From assembly GCA_963698485.1 (NCBI GenBank), contig CAVORA010000029.1, positions 264,141-328,140 of the forward strand: DNA of 64,000 nt, given 5' to 3'. The DNA comes from an uncultured delta proteobacterium (GTDB lineage Bacteria > Myxococcota_A > UBA9160 > UBA4427). Shown here one piece after another: positions 10,006 to 30,369 of this stretch. The notes beneath the pieces were generated by a model. The model made no database searches. It was not told where the DNA came from and saw nothing but the letters and a program-made list of their open reading frames with translations. A program made the position numbers and the translations under genes. Each line of letters starts with the position of its first letter. The first letter of the stretch is position 1.

Positions 10006-10212
10006 ATGGCGGAGAAATCGGAAGGCTTGGTTGCTCGCTCTCGGCACTACGTCGCCGAAGTGCAGGGTGAGTTCAATAAGATCACGTGGCCTCCGCAGGC
10101 GGAAATGATCAATGGCACGATCGCGGTCATCGTGATCGTCGGGCTGATCGCAACCTTTCTGGGAATCGTCGACTTCGGGCTGAGTCGGATGATGCAAATG
10201 GTGTTGGGCTGA
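10006..10212 (+). CDS. secE: preprotein translocase subunit SecE
   Basis: 68 aa from ATG 10006: MAEKSEGLVARSRHYVAEVQGEFNKITWP followed by one TM helix. Canonical position between tRNA-Trp and nusG. Confidence 0.85.
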   Translation: MAEKSEGLVARSRHYVAEVQGEFNKITWPPQAEMINGTIAVIVIVGLIATFLGIVDFGLSRMMQMVLG

Positions 10213-10844
10213 TGGGAACGGCAAACGGGACCGAAAAATCGGGAACGGCGGCTGAATCTGAGTCGACGGGTGCGAACTCTGCGGCGGAGGAGAAGGCTCC
10301 CGTGGCGAGCGACCCGAAGAAGAAGTGGTACATCGTCCACACCTATTCAGGGCAGGAGACACGCGCGAAGAAGGCGCTGCTCGAGCGGGCTCGAACGCTC
10401 GGGTTCGATGAGCAGTTCGACGAAGTGCTGGTTCCCGAGGAGAGTGTGGTCGAGATGGTGGGCGGGCAGAAGCGGACTTCCAAGCGGAAGTTCTTCCCCG
10501 GCTACATCATCGTTCACATGGAGCTGAACGACGAGACCTGGCACGTGGTCAAGGGGACTCCCAAGATCACGGGCTTCGTGGGCAACGCGACCGACCCGCC
10601 GGCGATTTCGGACGACGAAGTCGCACGCATGACACAGCGGATCAAGGAGGGCGCGGTCAAGCCCAAGCCACTGATCCACTTCGAGGACGGTGAGAACGTC
10701 CGTGTGACGACGGGGCCTTTCGCGAACTTCTCGGGCTTCGTCGACGAGGTGATGGAGGACAAGGAGAAGCTTCGCGTGATGGTTCAAGTCTTCGGGCGCG
10801 CGACGCCGGTCGTTCTCGATTACTCGAACGTCGAGAAGGCATGA
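10212..10844 (+). CDS. nusG: transcription termination/antitermination factor NusG
   Basis: ATG 10212 overlaps the secE stop (TGATG). KKKWYIVHTYSGQE NGN motif and a C-terminal KOW (VRVTTGPFANFSGFV). Confidence 0.93.
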   Translation: MGTANGTEKSGTAAESESTGANSAAEEKAPVASDPKKKWYIVHTYSGQETRAKKALLERARTLGFDEQFDEVLVPEESVVEMVGGQKRTSKRKFFPGYIIVHMELNDETWHVVKGTPKITGFVGNATDPPAISDDEVARMTQRIKEGAVKPKPLIHFEDGENVRVTTGPFANFSGFVDEVMEDKEKLRVMVQVFGRATPVVLDYSNVEKA

Positions 10845-11023
10845 TTCAGATCGGGTTCGTCTGCTTCGTTGACGAACCCGTGGCTGAGGACTCGGGAGCC
10901 GAGAGCTCCATGAGTGCCGGCCGAGCCAGACAGGCGTGTTGCCTGTTCGGTGTCCGACAACGGTGAGCGGGAGGAAGACCCCAAGAGGTCGACCGCAGAC
11001 CGCCAGTGGTCAGGAGAAATAGA

Positions 11024-11449
11024 GTGGGAAAGAAGGTCATGGCAGTCGTGAAGCTGCAGTGTCCGGCAGGGCAGGCGAATCCAGCGCCGCCCGTGGGTCC
11101 GGCACTCGGTCAGCACGGCGTCAACATCATGGAGTTCTGCAAGGCATTCAATGCCCGGACGCAGGATCAGAACGGTCTGATCATTCCGGCCGAGATCACG
11201 ATCTATCAGGATCGCAGCTTCACGTTCGTCTTGAAGTCGCCGCCGGCGGCTGTCTTGCTCAAGCGCGCCGCCAAGCTCAAGAAGGGCTCGGGTGAGCCCA
11301 ATCGAAGCAAGGTCGGCAAGGTGACCCGGGCGCAGCTGCTCGAGATCGTCGAGATCAAGAAGGCGGATCTCAACGCCTTCGATCCGGAGCAGGCGCTCAA
11401 GATCATCGCCGGCACCGCGCGTTCGATGGGCCTGGAAGTGGAGGGCTGA
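11024..11449 (+). CDS. rplK: 50S ribosomal protein L11
   Basis: GTG 11024 preceded by [47 protein letters not shown]. Confidence 0.95.
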   Translation: MGKKVMAVVKLQCPAGQANPAPPVGPALGQHGVNIMEFCKAFNARTQDQNGLIIPAEITIYQDRSFTFVLKSPPAAVLLKRAAKLKKGSGEPNRSKVGKVTRAQLLEIVEIKKADLNAFDPEQALKIIAGTARSMGLEVEG

Positions 11450-11453
11450 CGCG

Positions 11454-12164
11454 ATGCCGAAGAAGAGCAAGCGCTACCGCAAGGCCGAAGAAGCGCGCAA
11501 TCGGGATGAGCTCTATACGCTGCAGGAGGCGCTGGAGAAGCTGAAGTCTGCACCGGCCGCGAAGTTCGACGAGACAGTCGACATCGCGATCAATCTCGGG
11601 GTCGACCCGAAGCACGCGGACCAGATGGTGCGCGGAGCGATCGTGCTTCCCAACGGGGTGGGTCGAGATACTCGCGTGCTGGTCTTCGCCAAGGGTGACA
11701 AGGAGAAGGAAGCCCTCGAAGCCGGCGCAGATTATGTCGGCGGCGACGAGCTGGCGAAGAAGATTCAGGACGAGGGTTGGTTCGAGTTCGATCGTGTGAT
11801 CGCGACGCCCGACATGATGGGTGTGGTGGGTCGCCTCGGTCGCGTGCTCGGGCCGCGAGGCTTGATGCCCAACCCCAAGCTCGGAACGGTGACGCCCAAC
11901 GTCGGTGATGCGGTTCGCGATCAGAAGGCGGGCAAGGTGGAGTACCGGGTCGACAAGGCAGGGATCGTGCACTGCGGAATCGGCAAGGTCTCCTTCGAGG
12001 CAGAAAAGCTCTGGGAGAACGCGTCGGCTTTGATCGACGTGATCCTGAAGGCGAAGCCTGCCTCGAGCAAGGGCATCTACATGAAGAAAATCGCCGTGTC
12101 GTCGACGATGGGGCCGGGCTACAAGGTCGATCCTTCGTCGCCCCTGGCGTCGGGCCGCGGATGA
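11454..12164 (+). CDS. rplA: 50S ribosomal protein L1
   Basis: 236 aa with [24 protein letters not shown] and the typical L1 layout, directly after rplK. Confidence 0.95.
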   Translation: MPKKSKRYRKAEEARNRDELYTLQEALEKLKSAPAAKFDETVDIAINLGVDPKHADQMVRGAIVLPNGVGRDTRVLVFAKGDKEKEALEAGADYVGGDELAKKIQDEGWFEFDRVIATPDMMGVVGRLGRVLGPRGLMPNPKLGTVTPNVGDAVRDQKAGKVEYRVDKAGIVHCGIGKVSFEAEKLWENASALIDVILKAKPASSKGIYMKKIAVSSTMGPGYKVDPSSPLASGRG

Positions 12165-12186
12165 TGGCGAGCCGAGGACAAGAACA

Positions 12187-12723
12187 ATGCTGACTCGACA
12201 ACAAAAAGAAGATCAGGTCGCCGAGCTGAAGGACAAGTTCGAACGCGCCACCAGCGTGTTCGTCGCGGACTACAAGGGCCTCGGCGTGAAGCAGCTGGAG
12301 GCACTGCGAGGCGGTTTGCGAGGTGTGGAGGCGAGCGAGAGCGAGTTCCGGGTGGCGAAGAACACGATCCTCCGACTCGCCTCCTCGGGCAGTCCGGCTG
12401 AGGGGCTCCAGGAGCATTTCAGCGGAACGACGTCGATCGCGATGTCCTTCGGTGACCCGGTTGCCTTGGCCAAGACGCTCGTCGACTACGCCAAGGCAAA
12501 CGAGAATTTCGAGCTTCGTGGCGGAATGCTCGAAGGAGAGGTGCTGGATCAGGCGGGGATCGCGACGCTCGCGACGCTGCCTTCGCTCGACGAGCTTCGA
12601 GGGAAGATCGTGGGCCTGCTTCAGGCACCGGCGAGCAAGCTCGCACGCCTGCTCAACGAGCCGGGGGCACAGATCGCGCGTGTCGTCGCAGCTCGCGAAT
12701 CGGCGGAGAGCGCCTCCGAGTAG
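12187..12723 (+). CDS. rplJ: 50S ribosomal protein L10
   Basis: 178 aa: KEDQVAELKDKFERATSVFVADYKGLGVKQLEALR. Position between rplA and rplL. Confidence 0.93.
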   Translation: MLTRQQKEDQVAELKDKFERATSVFVADYKGLGVKQLEALRGGLRGVEASESEFRVAKNTILRLASSGSPAEGLQEHFSGTTSIAMSFGDPVALAKTLVDYAKANENFELRGGMLEGEVLDQAGIATLATLPSLDELRGKIVGLLQAPASKLARLLNEPGAQIARVVAARESAESASE

Positions 12724-12905
12724 GCGCGGACGAAGATGGATTCCGGTCGTCTCCTGCGAGACGGCTGGTCCGAGAATCTGGCTGGACCCCGAATGGGGCA
12801 GTCGCACCAAGATCGAGTCGACGGCTCTGGGCCGATGGCTCCAACTGACCCGGGCGGGAGGGTGTGAAGCATCCGCTTGCACCGCCCAAGACAAGGAAGA
12901 ATGAA

Positions 12906-13283
12906 ATGGCGGATCTCAACGAAATCGTGGACACCCTGTCCGGCCTCACGGTGATGGAAGCAGCCGAGCTCGCGAAGCTCCTCGAAGAGAAGTGGGGCGT
13001 GTCGGCAGCGGCTCCCGTGGCTGTCGCTGCGGCGGCGGGCCCGGCGGCTGGCGCCGAGGAGGCGGAAGCCAAGGACGACTTCGATGTCATCCTGACCTCG
13101 TTCGGCGACAAGAAGATCCAGGTCATCAAGGAAATCCGCGGCATCACCGGCCTCGGTCTCAAGGAGGCCAAGGAGCTGGTGGAAGGTGTTCCGAAGGCGA
13201 TCAAGGAAGGCGTTCCGAAGGAAGAGGCGGCCGAGATCCAGAAGAAGATCGAGGAAGCCGGCGGCCAGGTGGACGTCAAGTAG
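12906..13283 (+). CDS. rplL: 50S ribosomal protein L7/L12
   Basis: ATG 12906: [32 protein letters not shown], an Ala-rich hinge, and C-terminal [24 protein letters not shown]. Confidence 0.96.
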   Translation: MADLNEIVDTLSGLTVMEAAELAKLLEEKWGVSAAAPVAVAAAAGPAAGAEEAEAKDDFDVILTSFGDKKIQVIKEIRGITGLGLKEAKELVEGVPKAIKEGVPKEEAAEIQKKIEEAGGQVDVK

Positions 13284-13296
13284 CTCTCTTGCTTTC

Positions 13297-13323
13297 GCAT
13301 CCTGCCGGATCCCGGCAGGATGC
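13297..13323 (+). terminator. GC-rich hairpin between rplL and rpoB (attenuator-like)
   Basis: Perfect 12-bp stem GCATCCTGCCGG/CCGGCAGGATGC with a 3-nt loop, 14 nt after the rplL stop. No clear T-tract. Confidence 0.4.
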
Positions 13324-13555
13324 GGGGCCAGGGGTTTCGAACTCCTCGTCTGCTCGGCCTAAGGGTCGGGGCGGGGGGCAGCAGGGACGGCGCACCGCTC
13401 GCGTCGTCCGACTAGTGCGGCTGAACGGGCTTCGACCTCGACCTGAAAAGGGAGAGGGCGGGGCCGTTCGGTCGTTTGTCATAGGTCAAGCGTCGATGTC
13501 CTGCGGAAGAGTGGTTCGCAGGGCCCGAGGCTACACAGGAGGGTGACGAACGCTC

Positions 13556-17737
<4,182 letters not shown>

Positions 17738-17838
17738 CCCGGGGCTCCGGTGCCGTCCTTCGGACGGCGCGACCTCTTTATCAGCGTGCACGGCCACTGG
17801 CCGCGCACGAGTCAGACCTCGGCGACCGTAGTCGATGA

Positions 17839-22077
<4,239 letters not shown>

Positions 22078-22150
22078 TCCCCAAAGGGGGGCTCGGTTGC
22101 AGGCCTATCGGGCTGCGCCGACGGGAGCCCCGAGTCAGCGGAATGAAGTC

Positions 22151-22180
22151 GCCCCCGGCCAGGACTGCTCGGCCGGGGGC
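22151..22180 (+). terminator. candidate intrinsic terminator after rpoC
   Basis: 10-bp stem GCCCCCGGCC/GGCCGGGGGC with a 10-nt loop, 74 nt after the rpoC stop. The downstream T-tract is weak (GATTCGCTTCT). Confidence 0.45.
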
Positions 22181-22262
22181 GATTCGCTTCTGGGGAGAGG
22201 CGCGCGGTCGCCGCTCGAAGCGGATCGTTGGCTGATCATCGGGGAGCGACCGCGAGGGGCCG

Positions 22263-22290
22263 TTGACAGCGCCCCGCAGGAGGCTAAATT
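22263..22290 (+). promoter_or_regulatory. candidate sigma70 promoter of the rpsL (str) operon
   Basis: TTGACA (22263-22268), 16-nt spacer, TAAATT (22285-22290), downstream of the rpoC terminator hairpin. Confidence 0.45.
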
Positions 22291-22715
22291 GCCGCGGCTT
22301 CCAGGACCAGGGATTCGAAAACCCCGCGGTTCGTTTCCAGTTTTCGGAGAGAGTGCCTGAGTTTAGCTCCGGTCTCTTCGTATCTGAGAAACGGGACTCC
22401 GGGGTCGTACTGTCTCTGCGATCCAGGATACGACCAAAGCTCGTGACATGAACCGTGTCAGCAAGAGCACGACAAGAGCGCGAAGAGCGTTCGGTCGACC
22501 GGGAAAAGGAAGCGCAGAGTCGCGCGATCGCCAGCGATGGAGAGCCGTCGGAGGAGACGGCCCACGGCGAGCGAAGCGAGGGAAGTGCTCACGCGATTCG
22601 ATCGATGGCCGCTGCCGGCCATGACGATCGCGGCGAGTCGAAGGATCAACGCGATCAGCGTGTTGCTGATCGTTCGAGTACTGAAGACACAAGCAGTAGG
22701 AGTTCGCCCGGCCCC

Positions 22716-23087
22716 ATGCCGACTATCCAACAGCTCATTCGAAAGGGTCGCAAGCCGAAGGCTTCGCGATCGAAGTCCCCCGACCTGAAGAGTTGCCCCC
22801 AGCGACGTGGTGTTTGTCTGCGCGTGTTCACTGCGACTCCGAAGAAGCCAAACTCCGCCCTCCGAAAGGTGGCGCGTGTTCGGCTGACGAACGGCAACGA
22901 GGTCAACGCGTACATCGGCGGTGAAGGCCACACGCTGCAGGAGCATTCGGTGGTGCTGGTTCGAGGCGGTCGCGTGAAGGACCTTCCCGGCGTTCGCTAC
23001 CACATCGTGCGCGGCTCGCTCGACGCGACCGGCGTCGACGGCCGGAACCAGAGCCGATCGAAGTACGGTGCCAAGCGGCCGAAGTGA
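22716..23087 (+). CDS. rpsL: 30S ribosomal protein S12
   Basis: ATG 22716: [13 protein letters not shown]...[19 protein letters not shown]...VRYHIVRG. Confidence 0.97.
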   Translation: MPTIQQLIRKGRKPKASRSKSPDLKSCPQRRGVCLRVFTATPKKPNSALRKVARVRLTNGNEVNAYIGGEGHTLQEHSVVLVRGGRVKDLPGVRYHIVRGSLDATGVDGRNQSRSKYGAKRPK

Positions 23088-23208
23088 ACTGATTTTTCAA
23101 GGACGGTTCCCGCGCGCTGAGCGAGCGGGGCCGCCGAGATGACACGGCCCGCGGACGAGGACTGCCTCGACCGGCCTGAGAACAAGATCAAGAGAAGAGG
23201 ACTCGTTC

Positions 23209-23679
23209 ATGCCCCGAAGACGAGAGGTACCGAAGCGACAGACGGTCCCGGACGCCAAGCACGGAGACCAGACGGTGGGTCGCTTCATCAACGTGATCAT
23301 GCGAGACGGTAAGAAGAGTACTGCCGAGAACATCGTCTACGGTGCCTTCGACGAGATCGAAACCAAGATGCGCGCCGAGCCGCTGGCGATGTTCCGTCGT
23401 GCGCTGGACAACATCCGACCGCGTCTCGAGGTGAAGAGCCGGCGAGTCGGTGGGGCGACCTATCAGGTGCCGATCGAGATCTCGCCCAACCGCGCGAACT
23501 CGCTGGCGATGCGCTGGCTGGTTCAGTACTCGCAGTCGCGGCCCGGCAAGAGCATGAAGGAACGGCTCGCGAACGAGATCATCGACGCCGCGAACGAGCG
23601 TGGTGAGGCGGTCAAGAAGCGGGAAGATACGCATCGCATGGCCGAGGCCAACAAGGCGTTTGCGCATTATCGGTGGTAG
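23209..23679 (+). CDS. rpsG: 30S ribosomal protein S7
   Basis: 156 aa: [20 protein letters not shown]...[20 protein letters not shown]. Confidence 0.97.
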   Translation: MPRRREVPKRQTVPDAKHGDQTVGRFINVIMRDGKKSTAENIVYGAFDEIETKMRAEPLAMFRRALDNIRPRLEVKSRRVGGATYQVPIEISPNRANSLAMRWLVQYSQSRPGKSMKERLANEIIDAANERGEAVKKREDTHRMAEANKAFAHYRW

Positions 23680-23900
23680 ACGGCCGGTCATCGAAGGGGT
23701 TCGGCGCCCGGTCGTCTGATCCGCCTGGACGATGACTCTCCGGAGCCTGGCCGAAGTTGCTCGACGCCCTGGGCGAGGAGGTCCCCGTCGAGGCTCTTCC
23801 GAGCTTTCGGGGTGGAAGACGAAAGGCTCGGCGCTGCGACGCGGGAGTCGCGAGATTCAGGAGCAGGGCTGCACGGCTCGAACCCCGAACGGGAATGGTC

Positions 23901-26015
23901 ATGGCTCGAAGCGCGCAGCTCTCTGAGACACGAAATATCGGCATCATGGCTCACATCGATGCCGGGAAAACCACGACGACCGAACGGATTCTTTTCTACA
24001 CGGGCGTCAATTACAAGATTGGAGAAGTTCACGACGGCGCGGCCACGATGGACTGGATGCAGCAGGAGCAGGAGCGGGGGATCACGATTACCTCCGCGGC
24101 CACGACCTGCTCATGGAAGGGCCATCGGATCAACATCATCGACACACCCGGGCACGTCGACTTCACGGTTGAAGTCGAGCGCTCACTCCGGGTCCTGGAC
24201 GGCGTAGTCGCCGTCTTCTGTGGTGTCGGTGGGGTGGAGCCGCAATCGGAAACGGTCTGGCGACAAGCCGATCGATACCGGGTGCCGCGAGTCGCGTTCG
24301 TGAACAAAATGGATCGCATGGGTGCCAACTTCGACAATGTCGTCTCGATGATCGAGAACCGTCTGGGAGCCCGGCCGCTGCCTCTGCAGCTGCCGATCGG
24401 CTCCGAAGATGCGTTCTCGGGCGTCGTCGACCTGATCGAACGTAAAGCGCTCGTCTGGGACGACGAGACGCAGGGCGCCGAGTTTCGCACCGACGAGATC
24501 CCGGCTGACATGGCAGACGAGGCGGAGCTCGCGCGGGATCAGCTGGTCGAGCGCCTCGCCGATTTCGACGACGAGGTGATGGCCAAGTATCTGGATGGTC
24601 AGGAAGTCTCCGTCGACGAGCTTCGAGCGGCGATCCGGCGGAGCACCCTCAGCCTCGACGTGGTGCCAGTCTTCTGCGGCAGTGCCTTCAAGAACAAGGG
24701 TGTGCAGCCCCTGCTCGACGGGGTCGTCGCGTACCTTCCGTCTCCGCTCGACGTGCCGCCGGTCAAGGGCGAGGCCGTCTCGACCAAGAAGAAGGGCCCG
24801 AAGAATGCCCAGGCGAATGCCGAGGTCGAGCTGATCGAGCGACACGCGGACGACGCAGAGCCCTTCGCGGCGCTGGTGTTCAAGATCCAATCCGACAAGC
24901 ACGCGGGTAGTCTCGCCTACCTGCGCGTCTACTCGGGTACGGCGAAGGCGGGCGAGGGGCTGCTCGATGCCTCGAACGGCAAGAAGGAACGCGTCGGTCG
25001 CTTCCTTCAGATGCACGCCAACAAGCGGCAGGAGCTCGACGAGGTCCACGCGGGGGACATCGTCGCGGCAGTCGGCCTCAAGACGGTGGCCACCGGCCAT
25101 ACGCTCTGTTCGCCGAAGGCCCCGATCCTCCTCGAGTCGCTCGATTTTCCCGAGCCCGTGATCTCGATTGCGATCGAGCCCAAGACCACCGCCGACATGG
25201 AAAAGCTCGCGCAGTCGCTCGATCGACTCGCGATCGAGGACCCGTCCTTCAAGGTCTCGATGGACGCCGAGACCGGTCAGATGATCATCTCCGGGATGGG
25301 CGAGCTGCACCTCGAGATCATCGTCGATCGGCTGATGCGCGAGTTCGGCGTGGACGCGAACGTCGGTCGACCGCAGGTCGCCTATAAAGAGACGATTTCG
25401 GCTTCGGCCTCGGGACGCGGCGAATACATCAAGCAGACCGGGGGGGCGGGCGAGTACGCCGTCGTCACCGTCGAAGTCGAGCCTGGCGAGACCGGCTCGG
25501 GGTTCGTGTTCGAGAACGCCGTTCGAGGCGGAGCCGTGCCGAGCGAGTTCATCGCCGCCGTCGAGCAGGGCTGTCGAGAGTCGATCGACAGCGGACATCT
25601 CGGAGGCTACCCCGTGATCGACGTCAAGATTCGCCTCGTCGATGGGGTGGCTCATGAGACGGATTCTTCCGAGCGCGCTTTCGGGATCGCGGCGTCGATC
25701 GCGGCCAACGAAGCGCTGCGTAAGGCTTCGCCCGTCCTGCTCGAGCCGATCATGGACGTCGAGGTCGTCACGCCGGAGGAGTTCCGCGGCGCCATCCAGG
25801 GCGACCTGAACGGGCGGCGGGGTCAGATCAAGGGCATCGAGATGCGAGCGCAAGCCCAGGTCATCCAGGCCGAGGTGCCGCTCTCGGAGATGTTCGGGTA
25901 CGTCAGCAGCGTGCGGTCCATGACGCAGGGAAGGGCGAGCTACACCATGCAGTTCGCCCACTATGCGCAGGTTCCGGACGCCGTCATGAAGAGGATCATC
26001 TCGCCCTATCGATGA
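23901..26015 (+). CDS. fusA: elongation factor G
   Basis: ATG 23901: [35 protein letters not shown], with DTPGHVDF and NKMD. ATG 23895 is an alternative start. Confidence 0.97.
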   Translation: MARSAQLSETRNIGIMAHIDAGKTTTTERILFYTGVNYKIGEVHDGAATMDWMQQEQERGITITSAATTCSWKGHRINIIDTPGHVDFTVEVERSLRVLDGVVAVFCGVGGVEPQSETVWRQADRYRVPRVAFVNKMDRMGANFDNVVSMIENRLGARPLPLQLPIGSEDAFSGVVDLIERKALVWDDETQGAEFRTDEIPADMADEAELARDQLVERLADFDDEVMAKYLDGQEVSVDELRAAIRRSTLSLDVVPVFCGSAFKNKGVQPLLDGVVAYLPSPLDVPPVKGEAVSTKKKGPKNAQANAEVELIERHADDAEPFAALVFKIQSDKHAGSLAYLRVYSGTAKAGEGLLDASNGKKERVGRFLQMHANKRQELDEVHAGDIVAAVGLKTVATGHTLCSPKAPILLESLDFPEPVISIAIEPKTTADMEKLAQSLDRLAIEDPSFKVSMDAETGQMIISGMGELHLEIIVDRLMREFGVDANVGRPQVAYKETISASASGRGEYIKQTGGAGEYAVVTVEVEPGETGSGFVFENAVRGGAVPSEFIAAVEQGCRESIDSGHLGGYPVIDVKIRLVDGVAHETDSSERAFGIAASIAANEALRKASPVLLEPIMDVEVVTPEEFRGAIQGDLNGRRGQIKGIEMRAQAQVIQAEVPLSEMFGYVSSVRSMTQGRASYTMQFAHYAQVPDAVMKRIISPYR

Positions 26016-26193
26016 GTGCTTCGAGTCTCGCGCGCGCGAGACGCGCCCGTCGAGACCACTCGACGCGAAGGGCGATGCAACAGCGGGCGAGACGGGACAG
26101 GGAACGAGAAGAAGACCAGGCTATGTGTCCGGTGAGCTCCGGGCTGAGATGAAGAACGAGATCAACGATCTAGGAATTTGAGGAAGAGAAAAG

Positions 26194-27384
<1,191 letters not shown>

Positions 27385-27508
27385 CTCTATTCGGATTCCA
27401 GCGCGGAAGCGCGCGGGAACCCTGTGGGCTGAGGGCTCCTTCTTGTGAGGAAGGCCGATGGCTCGGGTCTCACTGGAAGGGACCCAACGCGTACAACGGA
27501 GAAGATCC

Positions 27509-27826
27509 ATGGCAGATGCCACGGCAACAAAGATTCGGATTCGGATGAAGGCGTACGACTACAAGCTGCTCGACCAGAGCGCGGGTGAGATCGTCGATAC
27601 GGCCGTACGCACGGGTGCTCGTGTGGCCGGCCCGATTCCGCTGCCGACGAACAAGAACAAATGGACCGTCCTCAAGGGCCCCCACATCGACAAGAAGTCG
27701 CGGGAGCAATTCGAGCTGCGGACGCATAAGCGGCTGATCGACATTCTCGATCCCACGCCCCAGACGGTCGACGCGCTGATGAAGCTCGAGCTCGCAGCCG
27801 GCGTCGACGTGGAGATCAAGCTGTAG
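27509..27826 (+). CDS. rpsJ: 30S ribosomal protein S10
   Basis: ATG 27509: [25 protein letters not shown]...[33 protein letters not shown]. Confidence 0.96.
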   Translation: MADATATKIRIRMKAYDYKLLDQSAGEIVDTAVRTGARVAGPIPLPTNKNKWTVLKGPHIDKKSREQFELRTHKRLIDILDPTPQTVDALMKLELAAGVDVEIKL

Positions 27827-27828
27827 TC

Positions 27829-28479
27829 ATGGCCACGATCGACGTCGTCAATACCGAAAACAAGAAGGCCGGGTCACTCGACCTGTCCTCGGCCGTGTTC
27901 GAGAGCGAGGTCAAGCCTCATCTCTACCACGCCGAGGTCCGGCGTCAGCTCTCCGAGCGCCGAGCCGGCACGCATAGCACCAAGAATCGAGCGCTCGTCT
28001 CGGGTGGTGGTGCCAAGCCCTACCGCCAGAAGGGGACGGGGCGCGCACGCCAGGGCACGACCCGGGCGCCGCAATTCGCCGGCGGTGGGGTGGTCTTCGG
28101 GCCGGTGCCGCGTGGCTATGCGCACAAGCTGCCGAAGAAGGTGAGGCGGGCTGCTCTCCTCTCGGCGCTCTCCCAGCGCGTTCAGGACTCGGCGATGACC
28201 GTCGTCGATGACCTGCAGGTCGAGGGATTCAGCACCAAGCGGATCCTCGAGATCCTCTCGGCCCTCGGTCTGGCGGAGGGGTCGACGTTGATCGTGATCG
28301 ACGAGGCGAACCCGACCGTCGAGGCGTCGGCGCGCAACCTGCCTGGCGTGAGCGTGGTTCGCTCCGCGGGAATCAACGTCTACGACCTGCTGCGACATCA
28401 GAACCTGCTGATCACCCGATCGGCCGTTGAGACCCTGCAGGCGCGGCTCGCCGGTGGCTCGGAAGGGGACGCGGAATGA
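27829..28479 (+). CDS. rplD: 50S ribosomal protein L4
   Basis: 216 aa: [34 protein letters not shown]. The start lies 2 nt after the rpsJ stop. Confidence 0.95.
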   Translation: MATIDVVNTENKKAGSLDLSSAVFESEVKPHLYHAEVRRQLSERRAGTHSTKNRALVSGGGAKPYRQKGTGRARQGTTRAPQFAGGGVVFGPVPRGYAHKLPKKVRRAALLSALSQRVQDSAMTVVDDLQVEGFSTKRILEILSALGLAEGSTLIVIDEANPTVEASARNLPGVSVVRSAGINVYDLLRHQNLLITRSAVETLQARLAGGSEGDAE

Positions 28480-28763
28480 ACCTTCACGACGTGATTCAGC
28501 AGCCGATCGTGACCGAGAAGAGCAGCATCGCCCGCGAGGAGGCGAACATCGCGACCTTTCGCGTCGCTCCTGAGGCGACCAAGCACGAGATTCGTCGTGC
28601 GGTGGAGCAGCTCTTCGAAGTGAAGGTGTCGACGGTTCGCACGATGCAACAACCCGGTAAGAAGAAGCGGGTTGGCAAGAAGATTGGCCGCAAGCCGGCC
28701 TGGAAGAAGGCGATCGTCGAGCTGGCCGAAGGTCACACGATCGAGTATTTCGAGGGAGTCTGA
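28476..28763 (+). CDS. rplW: 50S ribosomal protein L23
   Basis: 95 aa: VIQQPIVTEKSSIAREEANIATFRVAPEATKHEIRRAVEQLFEVKV. Confidence 0.95.
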   Translation: MNLHDVIQQPIVTEKSSIAREEANIATFRVAPEATKHEIRRAVEQLFEVKVSTVRTMQQPGKKKRVGKKIGRKPAWKKAIVELAEGHTIEYFEGV

Positions 28764-28766
28764 TCG

Positions 28767-29597
28767 ATGCCGGTGAAGAAGTACAAGCCCACGTCCCCGG
28801 GCCGTCGCAATATGAGTGTCTCGGATTTCGCCGAGATCACGCGCGGCACGTCCGAACGATCCCTGACGAAGGGTCTGGTCAAGAAGTCGGGTGGACGAAA
28901 CTCGAATGGTCGCATCACCTCGTATCATCGAGGCGGTGGTCACCGACGGCGCTATCGCCAGATCGATTTTCGTCGCAACAAGATCGGCGTGCCCGCCAAG
29001 GTCGCGGCGATCGAATACGACCCGAACCGCTCCGCGAACATCGCACTGCTCCACTATGCGGACGGAGAGAAGCGTTACATCCTGTCCCCCGGCGGTCTGA
29101 GGGTCGGGGATTCGGTGGTGTCTTCGGCCGAGGCCGAGATCAATCCGGGCAACGCGCTACCGCTGTCGAAGATTCCGCTCGGTACGACGGTCCACGCGAT
29201 CGAGATGAAGCCCGGCAAGGGTGCTCAGATGGTTCGTTCGGCGGGGACCAGTGCCCAGCTGATGGCGCGTGAGGGCAAGATGGCCACGCTGCGCCTGCCC
29301 AGTGGCGAGATGCGGATGATCCACATCGACTGCATGGCGACGATCGGCGAGGTCGGCAACTCGGAGCACGAGAACCAGCGCATTGGCAAGGCCGGACGAT
29401 CGCGATGGCTCGGAAAACGGTCGAATGTTCGTGGTGTCGCGATGAATCCCGTCGACCACCCCATGGGAGGTGGCGAAGGTCGCTCTTCCGGCGGACGTCA
29501 CCCCTGTACGCCCTGGGGCAAGCCCACCAAGGGTCACAAGACGCGGAACAACAAGCGATCCGACAAGTACATCGTCAAGCGACGAGGGAAGAAGTAG
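28767..29597 (+). CDS. rplB: 50S ribosomal protein L2
   Basis: 276 aa: [14 protein letters not shown]...GGGHRRRYR...[26 protein letters not shown]. Confidence 0.97.
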   Translation: MPVKKYKPTSPGRRNMSVSDFAEITRGTSERSLTKGLVKKSGGRNSNGRITSYHRGGGHRRRYRQIDFRRNKIGVPAKVAAIEYDPNRSANIALLHYADGEKRYILSPGGLRVGDSVVSSAEAEINPGNALPLSKIPLGTTVHAIEMKPGKGAQMVRSAGTSAQLMAREGKMATLRLPSGEMRMIHIDCMATIGEVGNSEHENQRIGKAGRSRWLGKRSNVRGVAMNPVDHPMGGGEGRSSGGRHPCTPWGKPTKGHKTRNNKRSDKYIVKRRGKK

Positions 29598-29611
29598 GCG
29601 AGGAATAACTC

Positions 29612-29887
29612 ATGGCACGTTCGCTTCGTAAAGGACCCTACGTCGATCCCAGCCTCCAGCGGAAAGTCGACAAGCTGTCGACCGGTGGCAGCAAGGGCGT
29701 GATCAAGACCTGGTCACGCCGATCGATGATCACGCCGGAATTCGTGGGGCTCACGTTCCACGTCCACAACGGCAAGCTCTTCATGCCCGTGTTCGTCACG
29801 GAGAACATGGTGGGGCATCGCCTCGGCGAGTTCGCGCCGACCCGGAAGTTCACGGGCCACGCGAGCGACAAGAAGGTAAAGCGCTGA
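29612..29887 (+). CDS. rpsS: 30S ribosomal protein S19
   Basis: 91 aa: [12 protein letters not shown]...[23 protein letters not shown]. Confidence 0.97.
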   Translation: MARSLRKGPYVDPSLQRKVDKLSTGGSKGVIKTWSRRSMITPEFVGLTFHVHNGKLFMPVFVTENMVGHRLGEFAPTRKFTGHASDKKVKR

Positions 29888-30234
29888 TGGAAGTCAAGGC
29901 CGCGCTCAAGAACTATCGAGTCAGTGCGCAGAAGGCGCGCCTCGTCGCGAATCAGATTCGCGGGAAGGGCGTCGAAGAGGCGCTGAATCTGCTCACTCTG
30001 TCGCCGAAGCGCGTCGCGGATCCGATCGCGAAGCTGCTGCGGTCGGCGGTCGCGAATGCCGAGCAGAAGAACGAGAACCAGCACGCGGGCATCGAGATCG
30101 ACGACCTCGTCGTATCGACGATCTGCGTAGACGAGGGCCCGAGCATGTGGCGGATTCGTCCGCGTGCCCAGGGTCGTGCGTCGTGGATCCAGAAGAGAAC
30201 GGCCAACATCAACGTCGTGCTCTCGGAGAAGTAG
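29887..30234 (+). CDS. rplV: 50S ribosomal protein L22
   Basis: 115 aa: [29 protein letters not shown]...[20 protein letters not shown]. Confidence 0.96.
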   Translation: MEVKAALKNYRVSAQKARLVANQIRGKGVEEALNLLTLSPKRVADPIAKLLRSAVANAEQKNENQHAGIEIDDLVVSTICVDEGPSMWRIRPRAQGRASWIQKRTANINVVLSEK

Positions 30235-30369
30235 CCCTCCGGCCCCCGCGACTCGAAGCGTCGCGGGTAGGCCGAGTTCGCAGGTCGTGTCTCCGCCCAG
30301 GGGCAGTCAGTCGGCCTCGAAGAACAGAACGGACCGTCGGCGTCAGACGCCGAGCAAGGATCGAAAAGC

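Noticed and set aside
22455-22715. N-terminal extension of the rpsL ORF (210 aa in the track). Similar long-start versions exist for nuoC (299), secE (9850), nusG (10086), rplK (11006), rplL (12864), fusA (23757), rpsJ (27458), map (37521), rpmJ (38394), carA (52414), the SPOR gene (44759) and pyrR (49377).
   Set aside because: The extensions have no homology and overlap upstream genes or leaders. Conserved N-termini with proper SD or stop-start coupling occur at the internal starts listed in the features.
26025-26042. 18-nt perfect palindrome GTCTCGCGCGCGCGAGAC after fusA as a terminator before tuf.
   Set aside because: It has no T-tract, and fusA-tuf are normally co-transcribed. It may be a weak attenuator or processing site, but the sequence alone does not support that.
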